Assembly: GCA_001822835.1 (NCBI GenBank)
Contig: MHSS01000002.1
Coordinates: 65,060-129,059, forward strand
From: Candidatus Terrybacteria bacterium RIFCSPHIGHO2_01_FULL_48_17
GTDB lineage: Bacteria > Patescibacteriota > Minisyncoccia > Terrybacterales > 2-01-FULL-58-14
DNA length: 64,000 bases
Direction: 5' to 3'
Of the stretch, positions 9,479-18,574 are shown piece by piece. The translations under genes were made by a program, and so were the position numbers. The notes beneath the pieces are model-generated. The model was not told where the DNA came from and did not search any database. It worked only from the letters and a program-made list of their open reading frames with translations. How positions within the stretch are numbered: the stretch's first letter is position 1; the number at the start of each line of letters is the position of its first letter.

Positions 9479-10054
9479 ATGCAAAACTCGCGTATTTTGG
9501 GACTTGATCTTGATGGGACGTTGGCAGATCATACGTTCGCCAAAATTGCTATTGCCCGCGAACTCGGCTACACCCTTTCCCCTCCGCAAACGGCATCGGC
9601 GATTTTAAGACACATCATGCAGCCGGAGCATTACCGGACGTTGCAAAAGCGACTCTATCACGATTTTGCCCCACATTCCCCAAAGACCGTGGGGGCCGAA
9701 GAAGCGCTTGATGAACTTCGAGTGCGTGGGTGGGATTTCCTAGTTATTTCCCGTCGAGGGGGAGAGGACTCGCAGGACTTGGCTCGGCAATGGGTTGTGC
9801 AGGAATACGCTGGCATGATTCCTTCCGAACAGGTTTTTTTCGTTGAGGAAGACGCCGCAAAAAACACCGTCGCGAAAGAACATGGCGTGTTGGGATATGT
9901 TGATGACCAACAGGAGGTTTTAAATTATCTTGCGTCCGTAAAATACCGTTTGTTGTTTGATCCCTTTGAGAATTTTCTTACTAAAACGCCGCCGCATATT
10001 TTTCTGATGCATGCATGGCGCGAATTACCCCAGCTTTTAGCCCCGTTTGAATAA
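9479..10054 (+). CDS. HAD-superfamily hydrolase (5'-nucleotidase-like)
   Basis: GLDLDGT, ISRR, K and YVDD HAD motifs. TAAAAT lies 7 nt before the ATG. Confidence 0.8.
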   Translation: MQNSRILGLDLDGTLADHTFAKIAIARELGYTLSPPQTASAILRHIMQPEHYRTLQKRLYHDFAPHSPKTVGAEEALDELRVRGWDFLVISRRGGEDSQDLARQWVVQEYAGMIPSEQVFFVEEDAAKNTVAKEHGVLGYVDDQQEVLNYLASVKYRLLFDPFENFLTKTPPHIFLMHAWRELPQLLAPFE

Positions 10055-10060
10055 AAGAAG

Positions 10061-10085
10061 GCCCCGCACAGCGGGGCGTTTTTAT
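10061..10085. terminator. intrinsic terminator between convergent genes
   Basis: GCCCCGC-ACA-GCGGGGC followed by a T-tract. Confidence 0.65.
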
Positions 10086-10999
10086 TACAGATCAAAATCG
10101 CGGATTATTGCAGAATGGTCTTCGTCGGCATAGCCCATTGCGATAAGCAATTCGTATAGGCGTTTTAGCATTAACACAAACTCAAGTTCGGGGTGCGGCA
10201 TCTTAAGGGGACTCGAAGGTTCTTTGACCATGCGCGGGAAAAGCGCGCGCACCGCCCCTTCAATATTTTTAAGATCTTTAAGATGCAACGATGCGCGAAA
10301 TGCCGGGGGGAAGGTTCGGGTACACATCGGTTCTGCTTTGCGTTCCAGCACCCGGTTGTGCGCAAGGCCTCCCTGCCACGACGTAATAGCGCTTTGCGAA
10401 TTACCTCCTCCTCGTTCTACGAGCGCGATGGCGGCGGCATCGGCAGCCATGAGTGCTGCAACAATAATTTGGTTGCCGAGTTTCGCAAGCTGTCCTGTGC
10501 CGACAGGGCCCTGATGGTATATGGTATTGCCCAGTACCCCGAGAATCGGGTGTGCGCGCGCAAGTGTTTTCGCCTCACCCCCAACCATAATGGAAAGCGT
10601 ACCTCGCTCCGCTCCTTGCGTGGAACCCGACACCGGCGCATCAAGAAATTCCGCTCCTTTTTCTGAAAGCGCTTGGGCAATATGTACCGCAACCGAAGGC
10701 AAAATCGAGCTCATATCTATTACAATCTTTCCTTGGCTGATGCCTTCGATAATCCCATGTTTTCCCAATATTATTTCTTTAACATCTGGAGAGTCGGGAA
10801 GCATGGTGATGATCACTTGCGATAGGACGGCCACGCTTTTGGGAGAATCCGCTCCTGTTGCGCCTTTGGCTACCAACGGTAGCATTTTCTTTTGGGTTCG
10901 GTTAAATACCGTTAACGGATACCCTGCTTCAAGCAATCGTGCAGCCATAGGCATGCCCATGGTGCCAAGACCAATGAATCCAATACGGGGTTTTCGCAT
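10085..10999 (-). CDS. beta-hydroxyacid dehydrogenase (GarR/MmsB-like)
   Basis: IGFIGLGTMG, FLDAPVSG, GTLSIMVGG and K..NQ motifs. Confidence 0.9.
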   Translation of the reverse strand: MRKPRIGFIGLGTMGMPMAARLLEAGYPLTVFNRTQKKMLPLVAKGATGADSPKSVAVLSQVIITMLPDSPDVKEIILGKHGIIEGISQGKIVIDMSSILPSVAVHIAQALSEKGAEFLDAPVSGSTQGAERGTLSIMVGGEAKTLARAHPILGVLGNTIYHQGPVGTGQLAKLGNQIIVAALMAADAAAIALVERGGGNSQSAITSWQGGLAHNRVLERKAEPMCTRTFPPAFRASLHLKDLKNIEGAVRALFPRMVKEPSSPLKMPHPELEFVLMLKRLYELLIAMGYADEDHSAIIRDFDL

Positions 11000-11123
11000 T
11001 TCGCTTCCCCTTTTTATTGTCAAGTTGCGTAGTGTCTTGGTAACATATGGATTTTTTGTTGACAAGGGCACGGGGCGGCGCTAGTTTGTGGATACAACCT
11101 TGACAATGAAAAACGAGGAAAAA

Positions 11124-12293
11124 ATGCAAGCAGTAGAAATCCGTTCGGTATGGTATCCGCGAGCCGGGAGTGAAGTGCATCCGCGTGATGTTGAGAAAAT
11201 TCGCGCCCAGCAAGGGTCGCGCGTATGGATGCAGCCAACAGCTGCGTTGATTCGCACAAAACGTCCGGAACTTCGCGATACCGAGGTTCTTATTCGCGTG
11301 CGCGCCTGTGGGCTTTGCGGCTCGGACGTTTCTATGGCCGCCCAAGACCATGATGGTTACGCCCGATATCCTTTCATGATGCGTTCCCCGATAATCCCGG
11401 GACACGAGTTTGCCGGTGAAGTGGTGGATATGGGTTCGCGCGCCGCAGAAAAAAGAAGTTGGTTAAAACGCGGCGTACCCGTCACTGCCCAATGTGTTTT
11501 AAACTGCGGCGCGTGCGATAACTGCCTTAATGGGGAATTTGACAGCTGTATTGCCGGAGAGGAGCTTGGGTTTACCCGTAATGGCGGTATGGCCGAATAT
11601 TGCGCGGTAGATGCCAGGCACGTATGGTCGTTGCTTCCGCTGTCGGATCACTACCGTACCGAAGATCAACTGTATCTTGCGGGTTCCCTTATTGAGCCGA
11701 TGGCCGGAGTTTTCAAGGGCTTGAACATGGTTGAGTGGGGGCATGGCGATACGCTTCTTATCATCGGAGCGGGCCCTATCGGGCTTTCTGCCCTGCTCGT
11801 AGCGCAAGCATTGGGTTTTGGAAACATTCTTGTAGCAGAAGTTTGGCGGGAACGGCGCGTGAAAGCAAATCGTCTAGGTGCTTCACATTCATTTTGTCCG
11901 CTTGCTCACAAGCTTTCCGATGTCGTGTTGGAACTTACCGGAGGAAGAGGGGCCGATGTCGTGTTTGAGGCATCAGGATATGCAGAGAAAAATTGGGATG
12001 AACTGAATGTTCTTTGGCGGCGCCAAAAAGCAGATCCCCGAATGGTTTTTTTCGGACAATCCAAAAAAGAACTGCCGTTCAACCCACAGCTTCCTATACA
12101 GCGGTATGCGAAATTCGTTGGTTCGCATGGCCATACAAAAGTGTGGGATTCGGTGATTCGTATGGTTGGCGCAGGACGGATCAACCCACTTCCCATGATT
12201 ACGCGCACCATCTCTTTACAAGAGGCGCCCGAATGGCTCAAGCGCCTGCAAACCGATAAGTCCGAATGTAAAGTAACAATTACTGAATTTTAA
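11124..12293 (+). CDS. Zn-dependent dehydrogenase, scyllo-inosose 3-dehydrogenase (IolM)-like
   Basis: CGLCGSD, GHEF, structural Zn Cys cluster and GAGPIG. The N-terminal GSRVW extension and C-terminal KRLQTDKS match my recollection of Thermotoga IolM (TM0412). Confidence 0.75.
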   Translation: MQAVEIRSVWYPRAGSEVHPRDVEKIRAQQGSRVWMQPTAALIRTKRPELRDTEVLIRVRACGLCGSDVSMAAQDHDGYARYPFMMRSPIIPGHEFAGEVVDMGSRAAEKRSWLKRGVPVTAQCVLNCGACDNCLNGEFDSCIAGEELGFTRNGGMAEYCAVDARHVWSLLPLSDHYRTEDQLYLAGSLIEPMAGVFKGLNMVEWGHGDTLLIIGAGPIGLSALLVAQALGFGNILVAEVWRERRVKANRLGASHSFCPLAHKLSDVVLELTGGRGADVVFEASGYAEKNWDELNVLWRRQKADPRMVFFGQSKKELPFNPQLPIQRYAKFVGSHGHTKVWDSVIRMVGAGRINPLPMITRTISLQEAPEWLKRLQTDKSECKVTITEF

Positions 12294-12301
12294 AAACACA
12301 A

Positions 12302-12322
12302 AAGGCCCGGATATCGGGCCTT
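12302..12322. terminator. hairpin between convergent genes
   Basis: AAGGCCCG-GATAT-CGGGCCTT. Confidence 0.55.
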
Positions 12323-12327
12323 GCTGT

Positions 12328-12774
12328 TTATATGCGATCAACAACTTTTCTGAAACCGGAGATGACGACGTCTCGGGCGCGTGATTGTCGTTTCGCAACC
12401 CTTACGGCTTCTTGTTCTCGTTGTTTTCGTATTCGTCCAAAATATCGCTGGATGGCCTTTGCAAGCGGAGATATGTTGTGTTCATACGAAATTCGATCAC
12501 CGTGCGGCCATTGGTTTACCGAGAGATCTTCATAAAAAAGTCGTGTTTTCCGTTCCAGGATTTCGATAATGCAAATCCGTGGTGAGTTGGGATAATGAAG
12601 GTCTATTTCAATGCCTTGGTACGTGCCGACGAGCACGTCGTGGTATCCTTCAAAGGGATCGCCGTCGCGCTTCGTTTTCCATTCGATTTTATTTTGCTGT
12701 GTGAGGCGCGCATATCGGCGAAGAAGCCGCTTTGCTAAAGCAACCTTTTCATTCAGAAATTCCTCTTCAGTCAT
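12328..12774 (-). CDS. hypothetical protein
   Basis: 148-aa ORF with an AAGGA SD. Confidence 0.65.
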   Translation of the reverse strand: MTEEEFLNEKVALAKRLLRRYARLTQQNKIEWKTKRDGDPFEGYHDVLVGTYQGIEIDLHYPNSPRICIIEILERKTRLFYEDLSVNQWPHGDRISYEHNISPLAKAIQRYFGRIRKQREQEAVRVAKRQSRARDVVISGFRKVVDRI

Positions 12775-12892
12775 TTCTTTCCTTTCTCGCTTTCAAGAAT
12801 GCTATACATTATATATCACATAATATAGAGCGTTGCAAGCCAACCCGTCGGAAGATAAAAGGTTGCGACCCATGTGTGTGGGTCGCTTGTAT

Positions 12893-13096
12893 TTATTCTT
12901 TGATTGCTGAATCAGCAGCATGTTGCAACGCGGCACGGATGGCGCTACAAGGTGCTTCCCGGCATTTTCCGATGTGCTCAAACGTTCCCCGGTCGCGAAA
13001 CCCAAAATGCTTTTGGCCGGTTCTAATTTCCCCGCTTAACAAGGCAGATATCGAACGAGGCAATCTATCTCTTGCTTCTTTACAGGTATCAATCAT
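12893..13096 (-). CDS. small Cys/His protein, zinc anti-sigma (ZAS)-like
   Basis: AGGAG SD and C..A....I..L..G...H.G.C....C pattern. Confidence 0.55.
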   Translation of the reverse strand: MIDTCKEARDRLPRSISALLSGEIRTGQKHFGFRDRGTFEHIGKCREAPCSAIRAALQHAADSAIKE

Positions 13097-13346
13097 GGTG
13101 CGCTGCTCCTTTCTTTTTTGTTTCGTGCAAACGGGCAAGTTGATCACGAACAACTTGGCATGACCGTTTTTCGCATAAGCCGAAATGACGGAAGGCGATC
13201 CGATCGCCCATGTCCAGATAGTTCCATTCCGTTAAGGGAATAAGCGTATTTCTATATATCAGTCCATGTAAGCTGTCGTGAATCCGCTGCCATGCTTCTT
13301 GGCATGGCATTATCTTTGCTTGCGCTTCGATATCGGCGGAAGCCAT
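13089..13346 (-). CDS. small Cys/His protein, paralogue of the previous gene
   Basis: AGGAG SD and PCQEA...RHFGLCEKRSC. Confidence 0.6.
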   Translation of the reverse strand: MASADIEAQAKIMPCQEAWQRIHDSLHGLIYRNTLIPLTEWNYLDMGDRIAFRHFGLCEKRSCQVVRDQLARLHETKKKGAAHHD

Positions 13347-13479
13347 AATGCTCCTAGTTTTGAAAGTACCCTACAACGTATATAGCATACCTAGTTTGAT
13401 TTTGCAAGAGGTGCATTGACTTTTGGATGCCGCGGGCGTAAAACAAAAGCAAGTTCGTTAAAAATTGAGGAGGATTATT

Positions 13480-14397
13480 ATGCGCCTTGCGTTCAAGGTC
13501 AATGCATTCGCCAACCGTCCTGATGTGCTTGTGCACGCTGCACACACGATTAAGGATGCGGGTTTTTCCGGAATCGGGTTGGTATTTGATAAGCCGTTTT
13601 TATGGCTTCCGAACCTTAAGGCAGATCGAATCAGGCAGCTGCGTAAGCTTTTGCAAGAAACTGGTTTGTCTGTTGAGAGCGTTTCAACGTGCACCGCTTC
13701 CGGGTATTGGCGGCCTGATGACGATTTTACCCCTGCGGGTCAGCGTTTCGGCCCTTCTTTTACTTCGCGCAATTCCAAAGAGCGGGAGCTGCGGGTGCGC
13801 CATACAATCAAGGTTATTGATTTTGCCCAAGCTGTGGGATGCCGTTATGTTGATACCTCAACCGGGTATCAGCCACAGGATATGGATGTTGCGACCACAT
13901 GGAAATACACGCGCGATTGCTTGCGCCAAATTTGCGACTATGCAGAGAAACGGTGCGTGTCCGTCAATATAGAATACGAACCGGGCGAGTTCGGTCCAGG
14001 CGGACTTTTTGTGGGCGATGCATCGACGGCAATGTTGATGATAGCCGATGTTGGCTCGCCTGCGTTGGGTGTCAACTTGGATGTCGGGCACTCGTATGTA
14101 TGCGGTGAAGATGTTCCTGCCACAATACGTATGTTGGGAGAGCGCGTACGCGTGGTTGAGCTTGACGATATCGCAAGCCGGCGCGACGAAAAAGGAGTTA
14201 TGCGCCGCAGGCATTATCATCTGGTCCCCGGAGAAGGGGAGATAGAGTACCGGCCTATTTTTGAGGCGTTGCGTGAAATCAATTTTCAAGGTCCCGTAAT
14301 TGTTGAGCTTTACAGTTTATTCGATAAAAATCCCGAAGATGCTTGCAAAAAGACCTTTGGTTATTTAGCAGCAAACTACGGATCCTTTTTCAAATAA
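13480..14397 (+). CDS. sugar phosphate isomerase/epimerase (xylose isomerase-like TIM barrel)
   Basis: IEYEP, NLDVGH, HLVPGEG and VELY metal-binding motifs, with a GAGGAGG SD. Confidence 0.88.
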   Translation: MRLAFKVNAFANRPDVLVHAAHTIKDAGFSGIGLVFDKPFLWLPNLKADRIRQLRKLLQETGLSVESVSTCTASGYWRPDDDFTPAGQRFGPSFTSRNSKERELRVRHTIKVIDFAQAVGCRYVDTSTGYQPQDMDVATTWKYTRDCLRQICDYAEKRCVSVNIEYEPGEFGPGGLFVGDASTAMLMIADVGSPALGVNLDVGHSYVCGEDVPATIRMLGERVRVVELDDIASRRDEKGVMRRRHYHLVPGEGEIEYRPIFEALREINFQGPVIVELYSLFDKNPEDACKKTFGYLAANYGSFFK

Positions 14398-14403
14398 GGA
14401 GAT

Positions 14404-14847
14404 ATGGAAAGGAAGAAGATGCCAAACTATAAAATTCTTCGGCTTGATCATTACGGCGTCGGCCTTCCTAACGAGGAAGAGCTTGAGGCCTGCCGCGAGT
14501 TTTACCGACAACTTGGATTTGAGGTTTTTGCCAAGGATCTTGATGACGGGAACCGTAAAGTTATTTGGTTTGCAGCACCAGACGGCAGAGAGTTTCATAT
14601 TTTTGTGGATCTTCGCGCCGCCCTTCCAAAAGAACCGGGCATTGTTCACGGCTGCTGGGAAGTTAATGATATTGGTGCTGCCTGGGAGACGTGGCAGGAC
14701 CTTTGGCGTAATGGGTGGTCATACAATGGCAAAACCTATCGCATGACCAAACAGCCATATAAGGACTCTAAGCTTCCAGGACGAAAAGATCGTTTTCATG
14801 CCTGGGATCCATGGTTCATTCATACCGAATGGTATGAGAACGAGTGA
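14404..14847 (+). CDS. VOC/glyoxalase family protein
   Basis: LDHYG, FYRQLGF, EFHI, HGCWEV.D and DP....E motifs. Confidence 0.8.
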   Translation: MERKKMPNYKILRLDHYGVGLPNEEELEACREFYRQLGFEVFAKDLDDGNRKVIWFAAPDGREFHIFVDLRAALPKEPGIVHGCWEVNDIGAAWETWQDLWRNGWSYNGKTYRMTKQPYKDSKLPGRKDRFHAWDPWFIHTEWYENE

Positions 14848-14967
14848 TAAGCGCTAAGTGCAACGTGTTGAGCATAACGTGGCTCGCCGGAAACGGCGGG
14901 CTTGTCTCTTTCTCGGGCCTATGCTAAAGCGAAAGTACAAGTTCTTCGACAAGGAAAAAGGGAAGCG

Positions 14968-15831
14968 ATGAAGAAAAACGTAGGAATCATTGCGCCCCTA
15001 CCATACTCAACCGATATCGGCCCCGCAATTTCCCAAATGAAAGAGCACATCAAATGGCTTTCGCATACGCACGTTTCTGGGCTTTGGTTTTTGGGAACTA
15101 CTGCCGAATTTCCCTATATTGATCTTTGGTGGAAGTTTAAGGCCATTCGTGAACTTGTGCCCTATGCCAAAAAACTCGGTTTTACGACGTATTGTGGCGT
15201 ATGGGATGCAGAGCCGCATCGCATGAATATGATTGCGCGTACGGCATGGGAAGCAGGAGCCGATGCGCTTTTTGCGATGACCCCGATTTTCACAAAAGTT
15301 TCTGACGCCGAAATGCTTGTATATTATGAACGGGTTTTGGGCGAAATTGCAGAAACTCATCTGCCTTTATATTTATACGACTTCCCGCAAAAAAGCGGAA
15401 ACCAAATTTCCCTTGATGTCATTGCCGCGCTGCTTGGAAAGTATCCTGGCCGCGTTGTTGGCATAAAAGATAGCTCCGGCGACATGGTTCGGCTTGGAGA
15501 GCTTGCGCGTCGATTTGAGCCGTTCGGCTTCACCGTATTTGCGGGTACGAACGCTAAAGTAGTTGAGGCGCGAAAGGCGGGAGCTCACGGAGTCGTGGGA
15601 AGTTTAGCGAATATCTCCCCGGAACTTATGTATCAGGCATGGGAGTTTGGTGAAAAACGTGCGCAAAAAATTTTGGAGAAAGAGGCGGAGCTTATTTTGC
15701 AATACGACGGCCCGCGCGCCATCAACGCATGGCTTGGGCAATGGCGTATGGCAGGAAAACCGAATTATCCGCATACCGAGCTTTCGGCACGCGAGAGGCG
15801 TTATCTTTTTGCCCGTCTACGGAATCCGTAG
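14968..15831 (+). CDS. DHDPS/NAL family aldolase (KDG-aldolase-like)
   Basis: GTTAEF, LYDFP and GIKDSSGD (Schiff-base Lys). Confidence 0.88.
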   Translation: MKKNVGIIAPLPYSTDIGPAISQMKEHIKWLSHTHVSGLWFLGTTAEFPYIDLWWKFKAIRELVPYAKKLGFTTYCGVWDAEPHRMNMIARTAWEAGADALFAMTPIFTKVSDAEMLVYYERVLGEIAETHLPLYLYDFPQKSGNQISLDVIAALLGKYPGRVVGIKDSSGDMVRLGELARRFEPFGFTVFAGTNAKVVEARKAGAHGVVGSLANISPELMYQAWEFGEKRAQKILEKEAELILQYDGPRAINAWLGQWRMAGKPNYPHTELSARERRYLFARLRNP

Positions 15832-15882
15832 ACGGTTTTTGTTTGCGGGACAATATTTTATGACGTACAATGTGTTCGTGGT

Positions 15883-18495
15883 ATGGCATATAACCCGAAA
15901 GAAATAGAACCAAAATGGCAGAAGTATTGGGGAGAAAAGGGAATGTATTGCGCCGAGGATTTTTCAAAAAAGCCAAAGCACTACGTGTTGGACATGTTTC
16001 CGTACCCTTCGGGCGAGGGTTTGCATGTAGGGCATGTTGAGGGCTATACCGCAACGGACGTGGTGTCGCGGTATTTACGCATGCGCGGGAAGAACGTATT
16101 ACACCCCATGGGCTGGGATGCGTTTGGTCTTCCTGCGGAAAACTTTGCAATTTCAAATAAAATGCATCCAAGCGTTGCCGTTGCACGCAACATTGGTCGG
16201 TTCAAACAACAACTTAAGCAACTTGGATTTTCGTATGATTGGACGCGGGAAATAAATACCACCGACCCCGAATATTATCGTTGGACGCAATGGATTTTTT
16301 TGCAGCTTTTTAAAAAAGGCCTTGCCTACCAGAAAGAAGCGCCCATTAATTTTTGCCCACAAGACGGCACCGGCCTTTCGGATGAGGAAGTAGAGGATGG
16401 ATGCTGTGTGCGTTGTGGTACGCAGGTTGAGCGAAAACACATGCGCCAATGGATGTTAAAAATCACGGACTATGCTGACCGCTTGCTCGAAGACCTTGAT
16501 TTGGTCGAATGGCCGGAAAATATCAAGGAAATGCAGAGAAATTGGATTGGAAAATCGCAGGGAACCGAAGCGATTTTCAGGGTTCGGGGTTTGGGGGACA
16601 GGGGACAGGCGTTTGATCTGCCGGTGTTTACGACGCGGGCGGATACGCTTTTTGGGGCAACGTACGTGGTATTAGCGCCCGAACATCCATTACTCACAGA
16701 TCCCAGATTAGTGATTAGTAATCAGGCGGAGGTTGGGCTTTATATTGAGCAGGCACAGCAAAAAACTGATCTTGAGCGGCAGGAGCATCAGAAGTCAGGG
16801 ATTAGGGTAGAGGGTATAACGGCGATAAATCCAGTGAATGATGAAGAAATCCCCGTATTGGTTGCCGATTATGTGCTGGGATACTACGGCACCGGTGCTA
16901 TTATGGCAGTTCCCGCACACGACGCGCGCGACTTTGCGTTTGCGCAGGAACACGATTTACCAATACGAGAAGTAGTGACGCCCGACGGCAAGGCGCGCAA
17001 GAATTTGGATGAGGCCTTTATTGAAGATGGTATTTTGGTAAATTCCGGAGAGTTTTCGAATCTTTCTTCCCAAGATGCGCGCAAGAAAATTATTACGCAT
17101 CTTGCGCAAAAGGGCTTGGCAAAAAAGATCGTGCATTATAAATTGCGCGACTGGATTTTTTCACGGCAACGGTATTGGGGAGAACCCATTCCGCTCGTGT
17201 TTTGTGAGCAATGCAAAACACGAGCGGAAATCCAAAGTTCAAAATCCAAAGTTCAAAATAACGGATTCTCGGACGGAATTCCAAATTCTAAATTCCAAAT
17301 TCCAAATTCTGAGTTCACGAAGGGCGAACTCATAAATCCCGGATGGGTGGCAGTGCCAGAAGAGCAGTTGCCGGTGAAATTGCCTGACGTTGAAAGCTAT
17401 GCGCCGCCGGGAACCGGAGAGTCGCCGTTGGCTCTTATTGCGGTTTGGGTGGAAACAACGTGTCCAAAGTGTGGGGGCGTAGCGCGGCGCGAGACGCACA
17501 CCATGCCGCAATGGGCAGGGTCGTGTTGGTATTACCTCGCATACCTTATCGGGGGTCAGGGGTCGGGGTACAGGGGACAGAAATACGAATGGGATGAGAA
17601 GAAAATAAAATATTGGATGGAGCCGGAGGGGGTGGATATGTATGTTGGGGGAGCGGAGCATGCGGTGCTCCATTTGCTCTATGCCCGTTTTTGGCACAAA
17701 TTTTTGTATGATATCGGGGCTGTTTCAACCAAGGAGCCATTTTATAAATTGAAAAACCAAGGACTTATTTTGGGGCCGGATGGCCAGAAAATGTCAAAGT
17801 CGCGCGGGAATGTTATAAACCCCGATGATGTCATTGAGCAATATGGCGCAGATACTTTACGCATATACGAGCTTTTTATGGGGCCGCTTGAGGACGCAAA
17901 ACCGTGGGATACAAAGGGCATAATTGGGGTATGGAGGTTTTTGAATAAAGTTTGGTCATTAGTAAATAAAGAAGATGCTGGTCACCAAGAAACTAAAAAT
18001 CCCAATGCCCAAGTCCCAATGACCAATAAGCCCTTAAATACGTTAACGCATAAAACCATCAAGAAAGTTACGGGTGACATCGAGCGTTTTCGTTTCAATA
18101 CTGCAATTTCTGCCCTAATGGAATACGTTAATTTCCTAGGCAACCAGTCATTAGTAACCAGTCATCAGTTACGGGTCTTGGTGTTGCTGTTGGCGCCGTT
18201 TGCGCCACATTTGGCAGAAGAATTATGGCAGGAAGCATTGAAGAGAGAGGGTAGCGCGCACGAACAAGCATGGCCGAAATATGACGAGTCGGCTCTTGAG
18301 GGGGGAGAAGTAACGATAGCGGTTCAGGTTAACGGCAAAACGAGGGGACAGGTAAGGGTGCGTAAAGGCGCCACAGAACAAGAGGCAAAAAACGCTGCCG
18401 AAATAAATCCTGCTGTTGCGCGCCATCTTCAGGGGAGAACAATCAAGCGCATATTTTTTGTGCCAGATCGGCTTATGAACATTGTGGTGAGCTAG
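15883..18495 (+). CDS. leuS: leucine--tRNA ligase (with repeat-derived insertions)
   Basis: MFPYPSG.GLHVGH, FTTRADT, SRQRYWG.PIP and KMSKS motifs. Confidence 0.97.
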   Translation: MAYNPKEIEPKWQKYWGEKGMYCAEDFSKKPKHYVLDMFPYPSGEGLHVGHVEGYTATDVVSRYLRMRGKNVLHPMGWDAFGLPAENFAISNKMHPSVAVARNIGRFKQQLKQLGFSYDWTREINTTDPEYYRWTQWIFLQLFKKGLAYQKEAPINFCPQDGTGLSDEEVEDGCCVRCGTQVERKHMRQWMLKITDYADRLLEDLDLVEWPENIKEMQRNWIGKSQGTEAIFRVRGLGDRGQAFDLPVFTTRADTLFGATYVVLAPEHPLLTDPRLVISNQAEVGLYIEQAQQKTDLERQEHQKSGIRVEGITAINPVNDEEIPVLVADYVLGYYGTGAIMAVPAHDARDFAFAQEHDLPIREVVTPDGKARKNLDEAFIEDGILVNSGEFSNLSSQDARKKIITHLAQKGLAKKIVHYKLRDWIFSRQRYWGEPIPLVFCEQCKTRAEIQSSKSKVQNNGFSDGIPNSKFQIPNSEFTKGELINPGWVAVPEEQLPVKLPDVESYAPPGTGESPLALIAVWVETTCPKCGGVARRETHTMPQWAGSCWYYLAYLIGGQGSGYRGQKYEWDEKKIKYWMEPEGVDMYVGGAEHAVLHLLYARFWHKFLYDIGAVSTKEPFYKLKNQGLILGPDGQKMSKSRGNVINPDDVIEQYGADTLRIYELFMGPLEDAKPWDTKGIIGVWRFLNKVWSLVNKEDAGHQETKNPNAQVPMTNKPLNTLTHKTIKKVTGDIERFRFNTAISALMEYVNFLGNQSLVTSHQLRVLVLLLAPFAPHLAEELWQEALKREGSAHEQAWPKYDESALEGGEVTIAVQVNGKTRGQVRVRKGATEQEAKNAAEINPAVARHLQGRTIKRIFFVPDRLMNIVVS
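17228..17316 (+). repeat. in-frame heptamer array within leuS
   Basis: AAATCCA AAGTTCA AAATCCA AAGTTCA ... AATTCCA AATTCTA AATTCCA AATTCCA encodes ...IPNSKFQIPNS. Confidence 0.85.
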
Positions 18496-18574
18496 TTTAC
18501 TGTTGACAGAAGTCAAAAAATACGCTAGACAAGAGCTAGCGTTTTTTATTTGAAAACAGAAAAAGGAGAAATAA

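Noticed and set aside
7416-15831. Prophage or integrative island
   Set aside because: No integrase, transposase or virion genes were seen, and no att pair bounds the region.
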